Assembly: GCA_964016885.1 (NCBI GenBank)
Contig: OZ024740.1
Location: 383,780,001 to 383,844,000 of the forward strand
DNA: 64,000 nucleotides
DNA from: Eledone cirrhosa
Taxonomy: Eukaryota
Reading direction: 5' to 3'
Position 1 is the stretch's first letter. The number at the start of each line of letters is the position of its first letter. Below are positions 12,301-30,940 of the stretch, piece after piece. The position numbers and the translations under genes are program-made. The notes beneath the pieces were generated by a model that saw only the letters and a list, made by a program, of their open reading frames with translations, did not search any database and was not told the DNA's origin.

Positions 12301-13047
12301 CTACCCGTTCGAGAAAAGCTCTACAGACACGGGCGCCCGGGTAGGGACCCCGCCAAAAAGATCTGTCTCAGATGCGTGTTCGACGAGGAAACCGTTGCAC
12401 ACGCATTGGTACACTGCTCGGGCGTAGCCAATCTGTGGGGCTATGTCGAACAACTGCTGTCAAGGGTGGGACCGATCCTGTTGACCACCGAGGTCCATTG
12501 TAATGATCAAGCCGCCTCCCCCCTTCAAAGATGAAGGAGATGCGGTGTTTCTGTGCGTAATAGCCATGGTGAAAGAAGTTGTATGGTGGACGCGTCTGAA
12601 AGGACTGTGGTCAAGCACCTTTCTCTCTGGCCAACAACCGGTCCGTTCTTCCGATATCATTTCGGAAGAAGGATCAGGATGGAGAGAGAGGTGCTGCACC
12701 CTAGCCGTTTTTATGAAAGGTGGGTGAAAGTGGCGAGAATGGCCCGTGTGAATGGGCCTTCTCTTTACATAAGGCCTGTAGGTGGAAAAAAGGAAGGAAT
12801 GAGGGAGCACCCCCTCCTATGTGCTCCTGAGGAGAAGGGTTGCACACCTTTTTTCGGGGGTGTGTGCGACCCCCCCAAGGCGCCTCCTCTCTATTGAGGA
12901 TTTTGTTATAATTTTATTTTTTGTTATATTTAATTTTATTTTTATATATTGTTATTGCCTCCTCCTTATTGAGGACGCCTTGTTTTGTAAACTCCCCCCA
13001 TTGTACTTGTCCCACTTTTGATGCTCTGGTGGCAAATAAAAGAAACA
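9372..13047 (+). mobile_element. Non-LTR retrotransposon, L1/Tx1-like ORF2 (APE + RT + C-terminal Cys/His motif), frameshifted, 5'-truncated
   Basis: APE motifs RGL, AYAP, GDWN, SYLDRF, SDHK; GYWKLN; RT motifs LDQSKAFDRVDH and SAYADDVT; GGLG; CLRC..ETVAHALVHC; AATAAA at the 3' end; GC-rich. Confidence 0.93.
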
Positions 13048-13214
13048 TATCTATCTATCTATCTATATATAATTATATACATATATAGTTTTCTGTGAAT
13101 GGGGGTCGTAAAATTAAAGGAAAAAATTATGTTTTCTTTATGTTATATATATATATATATATACATATATATATGTATATATATATATATAATATATATA
13201 TATAATATATATAT

Positions 13215-13414
13215 NNNNNNNNNNNNNNNNNNNNNNNNNNNNNNNNNNNNNNNNNNNNNNNNNNNNNNNNNNNNNNNNNNNNNNNNNNNNNNNNNNNNNN
13301 NNNNNNNNNNNNNNNNNNNNNNNNNNNNNNNNNNNNNNNNNNNNNNNNNNNNNNNNNNNNNNNNNNNNNNNNNNNNNNNNNNNNNNNNNNNNNNNNNNNN
13401 NNNNNNNNNNNNNN
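13215..13414. other. Assembly gap (200 N)
   Basis: Run of N. Confidence 1.
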
Positions 13415-13812
13415 CACAGACACATACGCACACAGAAACACACACACTTACACACACACATATATGTATATATAGATGTGGTGGTGTGTTCGCTTATGTA
13501 AGTATGTGTACGGGTGTCTTGTTGGTTGGTATGATTGAGAGTGAGGGAGGGATATATATATATATATATATATGCCTACATATACATATATACATAAACA
13601 TATTTACCTACTCACATAGACACAGACATGTATTTGCTCAGGAAAGGTGCATTTTATGTGTATATGTCCGTATAATCACATGATACTCGTGCGTGGCTGG
13701 GGTGGCGCCTTGTGTATGTTTGTGCACAGAAATATATATGTAATTGTACGTGTATATATGAGCGTTGTTTAGTTGTAGGAATAGAGCTCTGTGTGTATGC
13801 GTACGTAAATAT

Positions 13813-13990
13813 AATTGTTTCTACTTTTGGCACAAAGTCAGCAATATATCCCACTGGTACTTTATTGTATCGACCACGTAAGGATGAAAGGCAAAGTTAA
13901 CCTCGGCGGGATTTGAACTCAGACCGTAAAGGGACGTAACTATATGCGTCAAAGCATGGCGTCCGACCTTCTACCAATTACAGCCAATGC
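13813..13990 (-). mobile_element. tRNA-derived SINE (octopus-type)
   Basis: Minus strand B-box GAGTTCAAATCC, core CTTTGCCTTTCATCCTTACG..TCGATA and tail GTAGAAACAATTAT shared with five other copies. Confidence 0.8.
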
Positions 13991-14139
13991 GCGAGTGTTT
14001 ATTGGGGAAATATACGGTTTCACGAAAAAAAAAAGAATATAGCAAATGTTTAATAGAATCTGTGTTATTCATCCCCCGTATTGTGAAATATATTTAAGAA
14101 TTGAGGAAAAGAGAGATTGAGAGAGAGCAAGAGAGAGAT

Positions 14140-14175
<36 letters not shown>

Positions 14176-14689
14176 TGTGTGTGTGTGTGTATGTGTGAGT
14201 GAGTGTGTGTTGCACTTGAAGGATTATTCAACTTGTGTATGGTTATAGCAAGGAAGGATGTATTTAAAGTTGGCTCGATTTTGGGCAGATGTTAGTAATT
14301 GATTATCTTATAAGGGAGGTAATTCAAAAATGACTGTTGTAGGGGGGTCAAATTTTGAAGTACGATCCCTTGTGGTAGTGTATCCAGTGTTAATCATCTA
14401 GTCATCCTGAGTCCTTCCAGTTTCGCAATAAACATTTCGTAGCATGGTGGCAGTAATTTTAAATAAATCGGCTGGCGTTATAAGGCAAGCACTGTTACGT
14501 AACTCCTTCTTCCATCGATGCACAACTTACAGGAATACACTCCACTCTCGTATTGTATAGATTTTTCTGAGGATCTGTCATTGGATGTAGAAGTCCCCGC
14601 CCTTGAGTGACAATACGTAGCTTACCAGCTTCTTGGTCGGTCGCTAGTCTGAGCACTCTACCATCTTTGGATCATTACTGCTACCACTA

Positions 14690-14744
<55 letters not shown>

Positions 14745-15909
14745 AATCTGTATAAATATATACGCATATCTAATTTGTGGGAAGATAAGCATGCCAGAAA
14801 TTACTAATGTTGATGGGAATTGAAAATAAATATAAACATCTTTAAACAATATTTTTTTTTGTTGAACCTTCATCATCCAATAAAACACAAGTAAACCTGT
14901 ATTTGATGGGTATACAAATCTGCTCTTAGTATTTTCTGAAATGGACATATTAATTTGCTTATAATTAGCGCTCGTGTTCGTAATTAATATATATAGTACC
15001 AGGTGCGCTAGCGTATGAAATGTATGATAAAACACAGAGGGTGTAAACGAGACTGCATCAAAATGTAAAAATAAACACATAAATTGCAAGCATGTAAACA
15101 AACCCAGAAAATACGACTTTTTAAGTAAATTGAAAAACTACTCGATAACGCTACAAAACTAAATATAGAATTCCATAAGAATACAACACGAATCTATAGA
15201 GGCCCTATTCAAATTAGAATATGAACCAATATGTGTGTGTGTAAAGTTTTCTTGATCATCACCTTCCTATATTTCTTTCTTCGAGTCAATTTTAGGAGTT
15301 CTCCTTTTTCAATCTTTCCTATATTTCATCTGTATGACACCCACCTTGTGGATTATCTTTCTATTGACCACTAACAGCTGGTCTCTGTCCTCATAGACAT
15401 TTTTGCCCATCACCGTCTTTGGCAGCATTTGACTGTTTTAACGGCTGTTCCAGCGATTTTTTTTCTCTTTTTTATATGTATTCAAATATACTCTCGCTTC
15501 GTCTCAATCAGAGACCACATGGTTTTATATATATATATATGGGGAGTGGTGGGAGCGTTTGTTTGTGTGTGTATCTATGTATATATATAATATATGAATG
15601 TGAGTGTGTCCGTGTAGTGAAATATTTACATTTTCAGATATAAGATGTTCCCTAGTAAATCAGAAATTTGAACAATGCAAATATTTACATCGAAATCTTG
15701 TTTATATGGACTGTAATATAACACGCAAAGAGAGAAGCTTAATGTGAAACTAGTCACTTTAAAATGTTTATATCTTGCTAAAGAGATTATGCAATATATA
15801 CGATAATGTTCTCCCGTGACTTACATGTTTAAATGTGGATGGGGCGGGTGTATACCGTGTCAACTACCTTTCTTTTTTCCCGTCTCTTTCCTTTTCTCTT
15901 ACATTGCAA

Positions 15910-16033
<124 letters not shown>

Positions 16034-16163
16034 GAGTTTGGTGAGTTTGTGCGCATATTTGTGTTCGAATAACAGACAACTGGATAATCGCAAGCATGGT
16101 ATTAGGTGGTGTTTCACTCTCACACACACATACACATATACACAGCCACACACACAAACTCAT

Positions 16164-16212
<49 letters not shown>

Positions 16213-17379
16213 CTTATATATACATACATATATATACTTACACACATGCATCATTTGAATACTTTAAGAAGAGCTTTTGATTTCAGATAATAATTTGGAG
16301 TATTAACTTTATTAATATAGCATATGATTTGTATGTTTTTAAGAGATTGCTTTTCATCGGTTCAAACTCGGATCATCATGAAGTTATTTATTCCTGTATT
16401 CGAAAATACAAACTTTCATTTTTTTAAAAGCAAATCATATTAATTTCCTTGTACAGATAGAATAGACACGTCTGCCAATGATATACCTGATTAAGTTCGT
16501 TGGTTGAAGTAATAAAAATACAGAAGGACTGCTTCACTGACCAGGTTGTATAAGGTGCGACGATATAAGTTCATTTCACAGTTTTTGCGACTCTTTGTAA
16601 TTCTAAATAGTTAAAATGACGTTTCTACGATGTAATTGCTTTAGTTCCAAAATATATGTTTGATCATGTTATTTTGACAAACAAAATTGTAAATGCAAAT
16701 ATGTAATTTCTAGTTTTGAAATTAGTACAATTGGAAATTATCCTTTGAATATGTATTTTTCAACCTGACGTACAGGAGAACATTTCACCCTTTCGGAAAT
16801 TTTCTTTATATTTCTTTTGACTGTCTTTCCTTATTTCGGAACTATTTGGAAAGTGATGTAAACTGTGTTTGTCTATGAAACTTAACCAATTATGATAGTC
16901 ATGTAAACATACATATATAATAATATTGAGTTTGTTATTATTTAGGATAGTGAAGATGAAATATAAACTGACAACTGTTCGCCGAAATCCAGCTTCTTGT
17001 CACTAACTCTGACACAGTATCTGATGCATAGTGAAATAGGGTTAGTTACAGTTCACAGATGTGATATTATATTGTTTGACACTATGGTTTATATTAATAT
17101 CACAAAATAGAAATGTTAATATGTTGACATATGTAATATTTAAAAGACTTCCATGATTATTCTAATGCGTAACTGTATATCTTTACAAGGCTAAATATTA
17201 ATTCATGGTACTCTGGTGTTTCACCGTCAACTACATAACGATATATATATATAAATGTATATATAGTGTATTTTGCAATACACTGTATGCTTAATTAAAA
17301 GCATTTTGAAGACCATACGCTATTATTTTAAAATAGTGACAATGTTACTTATATAAATATTAAGCAAACAGGGAGAGAT

Positions 17380-17426
17380 AAACTGACAGAGCTCTGTTTC
17401 GTACTTTTTGGTACTTATCAAATTTC
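17380..17426 (-). ncRNA. Hammerhead ribozyme, U3:A8 variant
   Basis: Minus strand: AAAT TTGATAA GTAC caaaaa GTAC GAAA CAGAGCTCTG TC AGTT. Confidence 0.78.
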
Positions 17427-17719
17427 ATGACTCCCTCGTTTGCTGAAAATTATGTGTGTTGGATTCTTATAAATAAGTGGCATTGTCACTATTTTAAAAC
17501 AATAGAGTATGGTCTTCAAAATGTTTTTAATTAAGCATACAGTGTATTACAAAATACACTATATATATACATTCATATATATATCGCTATTTCAGAGCAC
17601 CAATTCTAATTTTCAATTTCTGCTGGACCGGCCACCGCTCTGTATAATCAGTTCCTGATTATTACTGGAATTCTATAAGAATCAAACACACATAATTTTC
17701 AGCAATTGGAGGAGTGGTG

Positions 17720-17765
17720 AACTTTGATAAGTACGAAAGAAGTACGAAAGAGAACTCTGTCAGTT
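17720..17765 (+). ncRNA. Hammerhead ribozyme, U3:A8 variant
   Basis: AACT TTGATAA GTAC gaaagaa GTAC GAAA GAGAACTCTG TC AGTT. Confidence 0.72.
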
Positions 17766-17931
17766 TATCTCCCCCTGTTTGCTGAACATGTAAATAAGTG
17801 ACATTGTCACTATTTTAAAATAATAGCGTATGGTCTTCAAAATGCTTTTAATTGAGCATACAGTGTATTCCAAAATACACTATATATACATTCATATATA
17901 TATCGCTATTTCAGAGCACCAATTCTAATTT

Positions 17932-18004
<73 letters not shown>

Positions 18005-18006
<2 letters not shown>

Positions 18007-18204
18007 AAAAGAGTCAGGACCCCATCGACTGAGCTCAGGCCGTTTCGATAGCTATACCCGAACAGTTCGGATCTAGCTGTCGAAGCGGCCAGAGATCAGC
18101 CGTTGGAGTCCTGACTAGGTTCTTATTACCCACTCTACTACCCTAAGTATCGAGTACTCTGGTGCGTTATAGTTCACCTTGTTCCTTACCACAATTCCTT
18201 CGTT
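18005..18204 (+). mobile_element. Family E fold-back element in (TA)n
   Basis: Homology to the 8796 and 39616 copies. Confidence 0.8.
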
Positions 18205-18213
18205 ATATATATT

Positions 18214-18253
<40 letters not shown>

Positions 18254-20860
18254 GAAACATGATCATTCGCGCTACATTGGGTGAGCCACTCTAGCCTAAC
18301 ATTTAACATTACCTATTCCAAGGCAAAAAGTGATATTTTTTCTTGTAACATTTGCTAGGAGACAAGAGCATGAAACAAAGGCGTCTAGCCATGTGACATT
18401 TTTCTGGATGATGATAACCGTACCACAATGCACAATATTAGTATAGCCCCCACACGTGGGAGCAGTATTTATTTATGCTTGCCACCTGAGATTATTAGAT
18501 TAATTTAGATAATTAATTAATGTATGGCCACAAAGAAAACTAGTCCTTGTGATGCATGCCTAGCTGTGTTGAAAATGTCTTTTCTTTGTGATAGATACTT
18601 GCTGATCATGAGAGCCCCATCCTTGTGCTATTCATAATTAAACAAACTAAGATGAAATTATTTGCATATTTATTTAGGGAGAAAAATATAACATGGAAAG
18701 AAAAGAAACACAATTATGCTAATGAGCCGAAGGTAAGTAAGTAAGGTACTCAATGGAAAGTGTAACATTGAAACGACGTTATGCAAAACTAGAAAAAGAT
18801 TGCTGTCAAAAAGTGATTGACAAGAATTGAATATCAACAAGTAAATAAAGATTTAAATAAGGCAGCAAGCAATTTTGAAAAGAAAAAAATGATTTGGTCT
18901 CTATGGATGTACGTGTTTATGTGTGTTTGCGTGTATGTGTGCGTGTGTGCGCGTGTGTATGCATAGTTATTTATCTATATATTAGATTTCTGAAGTCTAT
19001 ATTATGTGTACTACTTGCATGTTATATATTGTGCTGATCATATATTGCATATTATGTATTCTGTATGTTAACAGCAAAGTGGGGAATCCCAGCGTTGAAT
19101 AGAATACTTAGCCATTCTACAGAATATTTAAAGTTTCACGGCAAGGTATAAAATAAGTCATATGTATACATTTCCTCGGCATTTATTTGATTAACAAGTT
19201 CATTCTAGGAAATGTCTGAAAACTAGAAAACAAAGTATCTCCGATGTCAGTTTGTTAATATTGTTAATAACATCTTATCACCTCTGTTGTTTATTATCAG
19301 TTTAAGTTTCAGATATTTCAATTCGTTAATAAGGTGTCTAACCCCTGTTGTGTATTATATTATATTTTGCCTAAATCCATATACGAAGTTTCTAGTATCC
19401 TTAGGTCTTCTCTTCAAACATATATATTGAGAGAATGTCTATGTTTGTCTTTATATCTCCCAGTATCCAGATCTGTATGTAAGTGTTCGTTTACGAGTTT
19501 GTATTAGTGTGTTAATGTACATATGCGAAGTGAACATTTTAAATATAATATTTGATTGAAATCGTAATAATTTACCAACAAATGTTTTGAAGATATTTAA
19601 CGCAAGCACTATGACAAGATAGCATCTGTATCTGATATTAAATCAAGTTCGTTAGAGTTTCTTTGTGAAATACATAAAAAGCGTAGAGTAAGAAATTAGT
19701 CACAAATTATATCTAAACACAAATGTTGAAAACAAGAGGAATGCTGTTAACACTTTTCAGATTCTCTATGTCACATTAGATTTGTTTTCGTTTCTTAATA
19801 TAGGCAACACAGGATACGTACCAATAAATGCATTTACAGTAAATATATAGGTTTTGGTTCTGTTGTTTTGTTTATCGACTTATTTTAAACTGAATATATA
19901 GCCACTTATATTGTTCTTTAGAAATATGATTTGTTACATTGACCTCAGTATATTGATAATATTATTTCACTAACCAGTTATAAACCTCAAGGTTTGCGCT
20001 AGAAGAATCTGATTTCAAATGGTAAGAGATGTAAACTAAAATATATAGGATATATATTTATGAAATTACACTAAGGTTCGCATTTTAGAGGCTTGATATG
20101 AATCAAGAAATGAAATTGTTTGATATTTTTTACTTCTCAAGGCGATTTGCTCCTTGAATTTGATGATGTATTATTATTCGCATCATTGTTCGCTGCCATC
20201 TTTATAGGTCTGCCTGTCCGAGACCGATCACTTGAATCAGCTTCTTTCGGTTTCAGATTCGACTATTGATGTTGTTGTTGTTCAATCACCAATGATGAAA
20301 TATATTTCAACTGTGATCATATTATTATTTTATTCCAATAAAATGTATCCTAGAACTAGATTATTCCATATATAGTTTCCTTTTTTATGACAACAGAATA
20401 CGATCTGATGGAATGTAAACTGCTATTTCACGCATTTTAAAAAATAAATTCTATATATCGTAGAATAATTCAGCAAATTCCTTGGCTGATTCTTACTTCC
20501 GTGGATAACACCCTCAAATTATATTTTAACAAAATAATGAAATGTTCATACAGTACAGTGTTTAACAATTTTCTTCCTAGATCAATATTTTCGAGGCATT
20601 CAATATTACATAAGGCAGGTGCACATTCATGCCCACTCCTTTCATGGGATGCATAAATTGATCGTTCGATTTAAGTGTTATGTTAAAATAAAACAGCAAT
20701 TGCTGAAGTGATCAAATGACACCATGTTAGTTTCCAGTTGTAGTTATTGACTGTTTACATTACTATTTCTCCTGCAATAGAAAAACTAGCTTGCTAGAAA
20801 TGCTAGAAATGAAAGCCAAATATCCTCCAAATCACATGATACTGCACTAAGTTGAGGATG

Positions 20861-20926
<66 letters not shown>

Positions 20927-22376
20927 AGATAATATAGATCTGGATATACTATAACTTAAAAAAGACAACGAAACCAAACGATATAGGCTTCAATATATTT
21001 TATTATATATTTGCTCAGAGCTGACCTGAACATACACAACAATAGCAAAAACGATTGAAGCGCTAACAAAGAAAACATGTGACGTCTGTCGAAAGAAAGG
21101 CATAAGATATAATGTCTCTTCAGATTTCAAATCCCAATGAGTCGAGCTTTAAATGAGGAAGAATGAATTAAGTGATATATATATATAGGGACGTTGATCT
21201 AATCAAGGGAAGATTGCTTTAAACTTATTGTTAGGCAGCTTACAACATCCTTCTTTGAAAGAAGAAACAAAAAATAAACAGATGAAGAATGCTGAAGAGT
21301 ATATTCGCAGTGCAATCTGATGATACGAGAATGTGCTGGCTGTTTAATATTTCCTGTCATCTAGTCACATCGACAACTACTAATACGCTTCAGTGTCCTT
21401 AACGACATTAAGTTCATACGACAAAAATTATCTATCAGAGATTTTTTTATAATGTTCATAATCTCCAAACATCTGATGATTGACTCGGCAAAGAACAAAA
21501 TATTACATAGATAACATATATATATATAACGAAAACGATTAAAGTTTTATGTCGTCTACTCTAAAGATAACACTGATTACTAAATTTATCAGGAAGGATT
21601 AAAGTCGACTCATTATTTCATCGGTTCTTATTTTATCGACAGCAGGAAGAGAAAATTTGAAATCAAATCACCCAGGGAATTCAATACAGACATAAATGGA
21701 AGCAATTAAATAATTCTATAATATCCCGAGAGATAGGTATGTGATGGAGAAGGTAATACGTTCAACTCACATTCAGAGATCCTGGGTTAGAACCCACTCA
21801 TGGCATCTTGGGAATGTGCCATTTAATAATGTTTTGAGAGGACACAAGCTATATGAATGAAACTGAATAAACGGAAACTAAGTAAGTCTCTCCGATTAAC
21901 TATTATTGTGATTGAAGCGTTCAGTCTATTCATAGTGTGTCAGACTGATTTTACGAGAGAATTACGTTAATAAGACACATACCAGTGAAATATTCAGTCA
22001 TATACACTATAACGAAAGGGGTGCATATTTCTCTTGATCACATAACCGTAATACACATAGATCGAAACCAAATCGAGATTTATGCATTCATCAAGTGGCT
22101 TCTAAACGTCTTTATGTATACAACTAAAATCAGGTTTAATATATGTATTGAGAAGAGTTAATTCTAGTCTGAAGATTATTGAACAAATCTACTAGATAAA
22201 TCTATGAGTATCGACAAGAGCATGCCACATGATAACATAATTGTAGATGGTAAGAATATAAGAACGTAAAACTATAAGCAGATGGCAATCTAGTTTTGCT
22301 AAGCCATCTGACACGAGATTTCCTCATCAAAATTCATCAACTACGATAAGGCGTGAAATAGAAAAAAGGGAGCCAG

Positions 22377-22478
<102 letters not shown>

Positions 22479-22573
22479 GTGCATGAGTGAGTGAGAGAGA
22501 GAGTGTGTGTGTATGTGTATGTGTGTTTGTGTATCTGTATATATATATGTGTTTGTGTATATGTGTTTGTGTA

Positions 22574-22677
<104 letters not shown>

Positions 22678-23457
22678 CACAGAGAGAATGAGTGTGTGGG
22701 TTGGATGAATGAGAAAAAGGAAATGATGGAGAATTGGTCCGATAGATTTAGTTTAGTTAAAAACAGATATCTTAAAATTATGTTGTCATGAAACATAAAA
22801 CTAATTAACTGCTGTCGATTTTAATACGATGAATTCTTATACTGACTTAGGATACGAATAATTCATTACTAAATTAAGATACACGCATTATACAATACTG
22901 ACAAAACTAGCAAGTTTCTCTTTCAGCTTCAGCTGACTACATTTAATCCCATACAATGTTTTTTATTTGTTTTGGTTTGTTCATTTTGCTAGTTGAAATA
23001 TCTTATTCTGGTTCATCACTCTGTTATCTTATTCCGGTGTTGGTTTCAGTCGTTATACTCTTGTCATGCTGGAGCACCATCTTCAGGGTTGTAGTCGATC
23101 ACGATAAATCTATAAAATAATTACATGTTGGTATTATTTAACACACAGGAGTGTATATGAAAGCTTATACTATATGGGAGCATCGTTATCAGGAGGAAAT
23201 ATATTTTCTTGTTACGAAAAACGTATTTTCTCTCTTTCTTTATATAATGGTATTTTGGAGTTGTATTTGTGCATCGGCAACATGTCCAATTATCTGAAGT
23301 AGTCCCTATGCACACAATGAGGCGATAAATAAATTCCTGGCATCAGAGTGCACTCGTTACGATATTACAGGGCAACACTATGAATAGAATTTTGATTGCG
23401 TGTATGCCAATTACATATTTATACATAAATATACAGATAAACAGCTTACACTTATAT

Positions 23458-23497
<40 letters not shown>

Positions 23498-23802
23498 AAG
23501 ACAAACACACATATATATACACACACAAACACAAGCACATATATATGTATACACGCACACAAACACACACATATATATATATATATATTGATAGATAGAT
23601 AGATAGAAAGATAGATGTACTTTGCTCGAAGCATTGTTCTAGCGAAACGAACGGTAGATTTTAGAAAAATTAAAGGCAAATATTTCCGGACTTAGTCCCC
23701 AAATTACAATAAGTACCTATTTCGAAGCTTTGTGCGTTTGTTATTATAGGACAGGTAAATAAAATATAATGTAACATACTAACAACTGATTTGCCTTCAT
23801 TA

Positions 23803-24178
23803 ATGGATTGGCAGTATCGGTAGAGTGTCGGACGCCATGCTTTGACGCATAGAGTTACGGCCCTTGCTATTTTGCCTTCAAATCCCGCCGAGGTTAATTT
23901 TGCCTCCATCCTTACGGAGTCGATAAAATAAAGTACCAGTAATGCACTGGTATATTGCTGGCCTTGTGCCAAGCGTAGAAACAATTATTTCCAATGGCAG
24001 TATCAGTAGAGGGTTGGGCGCCATGCCATGGAGCATAGAGTTACGGCCCCTTATGATCTGAGCTAAAATCCCGCCAAGGTTAACTTTGCCTTTCATCCTT
24101 ACGGGGTCGATAAAATAAAGTACCAGTAATGCACTGGAATAATTGCTGGCCTTGTGCCAATATTAGAAACAATTATTT
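23803..24178 (+). mobile_element. Two head-to-tail tRNA-derived SINEs
   Basis: Units ~23803-23989 and ~23993-24178; A-box-like TGGCAGTATCGG and the same core and tail as the other copies. Confidence 0.82.
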
Positions 24179-25812
24179 GCAAAATATAACGTCCGTTTTG
24201 CATTGTCGTACACTTCGAATAACATGCTACTATATATATTATATACACAGAGTACATATTTCTCCAGTTTACAAACCTCGTAACAAATGCACATGTGCTT
24301 CATAGTAGATACGTTTCGCTGAGAATGCTCAATGATAAATTACTACATTCGAGCTATTACAGTAATTTCAATGTGAATCTTGAACATGTAAGAGAAAGCG
24401 GGTGTGTTTGTATGTGTGTATGTGTGTGTAAGTGGCTTTGTTAAGTGAAAATATGTTATACGTATATATATATATATATATCTGTGTTTGTGTGTGTGTT
24501 TGCGTGTGTCTCTATTGTATGTTTATAATCTGTTACTCTGTATAGAGTATGTGTAAATATATATAAAGAGAGAGACATATTACATATATGTTCACAAAGG
24601 AAGCCACATACGCACATGTGAATATATGTGTGTTTTCGCGTGTGGAAATGCCTATGCTAGGTCACGTGATCGATAGAATTCAAATACATATTTAACTGAA
24701 GTTTATAGATCACGTGGCCTGCCGATATCGCCTTTTTCAGTAAACCTCACCCGTATTACAAGTGATCTTACTGAAAATATTGATTCTTAATTCTGCAATA
24801 AATCTGATCTCTAATCTAATCCATTCTTTGCCTTACTTTCGTCTCCTTTCTTTCTTTAATTCTGTCTTTCTTATATTACTAATTTCCCCACTCCCTCTTT
24901 CGTTTACAGCTACTCACTTTCTCTCTGATCTTATTAACATATGCAAATTCTCAGTTGCTCTCACGATATATTAATACTCAAGCATCGTTTATTTCTTTGG
25001 CTTGTCTCTTTTCCACAGTAATGCTTGTACATAGTCATAAACTCTGGGAGACGCAGATATACATAAATCCTCATTTTTCCAACACAGTTACAGTGAAAGC
25101 AACTGCGACTCCTACTCACATGTACAAATAAGACATTCCTGTAATTTCACACACATTTACATATATACGCACATCAGCACACGCACTGAATCAAATAAAG
25201 AAAACATCATACAATTCTTCTTTTCAGAACCATCGTCAGCATCTTGATTATATCACAGCAAATCTCTTTATTTGCCATTTCCCTCACAGTACGCAAAACT
25301 GCAGCCGGATATTTCTTCGAAAATGACATGGATAATTTGCCAGAGTACCATGCAATAATTATACTTTTAAAACCAAAGCCAAAAGATCTATCACATTTCA
25401 GATTGGATCACTTTCCCAATTCCAACATTCATGAATAGATATATATAGTTGGATAGATATATAATTAGTAGATAGATAAAGGGAAAGAGGGGATGGGAGA
25501 GAGGAAGAGAGGCTGACCAGACTGAAGTAGAGGGAATAAATAGCTAAAAAGTAAGAATATATATATATATGTGTGGGTGGGTGTGTGTGAACATGTACTC
25601 AAACACTAGTTTCTGGCGTCCTTACACGGCTACTGAAGTAGCTGCTATTATGTCACAATTTTAAAGACCCTGTACTTGACTGATGATTGTTTCTTGTTCA
25701 TAAATATAGTATATATGCATACGTATACGCCTCTAGAAAGATTATATATGCAAGCCCAGACACACATACACACACACGCACACACACACACACACACCCA
25801 CACACATACATA

Positions 25813-26002
25813 TATCACAGGTGTGAGAAAAACCACAAAGCCTCCATCTCAATTCTACTTTTGAAACCGGTAAAGGAACGAAATAAGTATATATGCTTAT
25901 AAAAAAAGACTCCAGTTGCATTTTCGATTTCATCTTTTTAAAGTTTGACTAGTGTAGGGCACCTCGTTTTTTTTTCATTTTGTAAAAGAAACCTCACTTT
26001 TT
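25813..26002 (+). mobile_element. Family Z element with internal deletion of ribozyme stem II
   Basis: CTACTTTTGAAACCGGTAAAGG versus CTACTTTTGAAAAGCAGAAGAACTGCGAAACCGGTAAAGG. Confidence 0.75.
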
Positions 26003-26029
26003 ATATATATATATATCAAACAATGACTA

Positions 26030-29010
<2,981 letters not shown>

Positions 29011-30327
29011 GTATTTTTATGTGTATGTAGGAATTAACGTATACCTTATGTTTTACACGAACGAATGAATTATGTGATTTTTCAGTCTACAAGCACTAAT
29101 TTTAGACAAATATCACGGAAATGATTCATTGATTGGACACATTCATTGATTGGACACAACGTATATTGCATTGAGGTATACTATCATCTCACTTTGAAAT
29201 GGTTATATACTAAGACGAGTAGACAAGAGAAGTAACTTTCACTCTAATGCATTAATCTGTTTTAAGATGAATATACTTGAAAGTAAACGTATTCCAATAC
29301 ATAAAAATATACGTAAAGACTAAACATTCAGACATTTCCACATACGCATAGGCACACACACAAAGATATATGTATATGCGTGCGTGTGTTCGTGAGTGTG
29401 TGCCTGTTTGGATGCGTGTGCCTGTGTGTACTTAGATGAATATATATATATTAGAACACAACGCCTTTAATATTTAAGTTAAAATGAATGCAGTTATACG
29501 AAATTAGAAAACAAATTGTGAAAATTGAAGTGTAAAATCTTTCTCTCTGTACATACAAAAATCATAAAAGATTACTTCTACACGTTTCAGAGACATATAT
29601 TTACGTTCTCATATTCAAACATATTTATAGATCACTTCGCGTGTGAGTATAGGCGGTTGAAATAGAGAGGATTGATGAGGGCGCATGTTTTGATGAAGTG
29701 TTCATGAGATGTGCCTTGTAGCTTAGAATCAGTTAACATAAGCCATCATATATGAAAATCATCCGTTGTCTCAATTTTCAATTATATGGTGTTAAATATG
29801 TATATCCCTCGCGGGTGTAGGCTTGAAGATTATTTCTGGTGATTTTTCCGATTCTGTGTGGGTGAAATACCAAAGACTTAATTCGGGAGTTGTTACTGTA
29901 GAATCCTTCAGGAACCATGTAATAGGACAACTTGATCTTGATGATATCTGATTTTTCAGTACCAGTAATTCGCGTAGGCTGGTTGTTGTGATGCTGGTTG
30001 TGATTCATTATTGTTTTGAAGGGCGTAATTGGTTTCACTTTATGTCGTGTGTAGTACGCTATGGATGAATAAGGGTTAGTGAATAGCATCTATTAGGGTT
30101 CGTGCATACAGGTACAGGTAATTAAAGGTAGTAATATATTTATAAAATCTTTTCTTGGAGAACCCTACCGATCAAAAACACAAGTCTATTCCATAGAAAA
30201 TACAATACACTAATTATGTAAAATTAAAACATCAAAAGAAAAATGGGTATACACACACACATGTATTTATATATATATGTGTGTGTGTGTACATACACAC
30301 ATGCACTCGCTCTCCCGCTCTCTCTCT

Positions 30328-30365
<38 letters not shown>

Positions 30366-30420
30366 AAATAAAATAATTAAGTCAAATATTTAAAATTTGG
30401 CTTCGTTTATTAGCCAACAT

Positions 30421-30692
<272 letters not shown>

Positions 30693-30874
30693 TATATATA
30701 TATATACAATCATATTAAATAAATGGAAACTATATTTATAAAACCATATTTATTCTATTATATATATTTCAAGGTTACCAAAAATGTTGGTAACCTTGAA
30801 ATTTGGTGTGTTTTATAAATTTTGACATAACCAAGGATAATATACCTTAACGGTTCAAGTTAACCCTGGATATG

Positions 30875-30940
<66 letters not shown>

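Larger units (their letters stand above)
17253..17931. mobile_element. Retrozyme-like family R, U3:A8 subfamily
   Basis: Minus 17253-17470, then a plus tandem with 320-nt period (AAATAAGTG at 17471 and 17791); (TA)n flanks. Confidence 0.85.

Noticed and set aside
14220-14690. Possible LINE C-terminal remnant on the minus strand
   Set aside because: No motif recovered with confidence.
29640-30120. 103-aa minus ORF faintly like a CR1/L2 C-terminus
   Set aside because: Similarity too weak to call.
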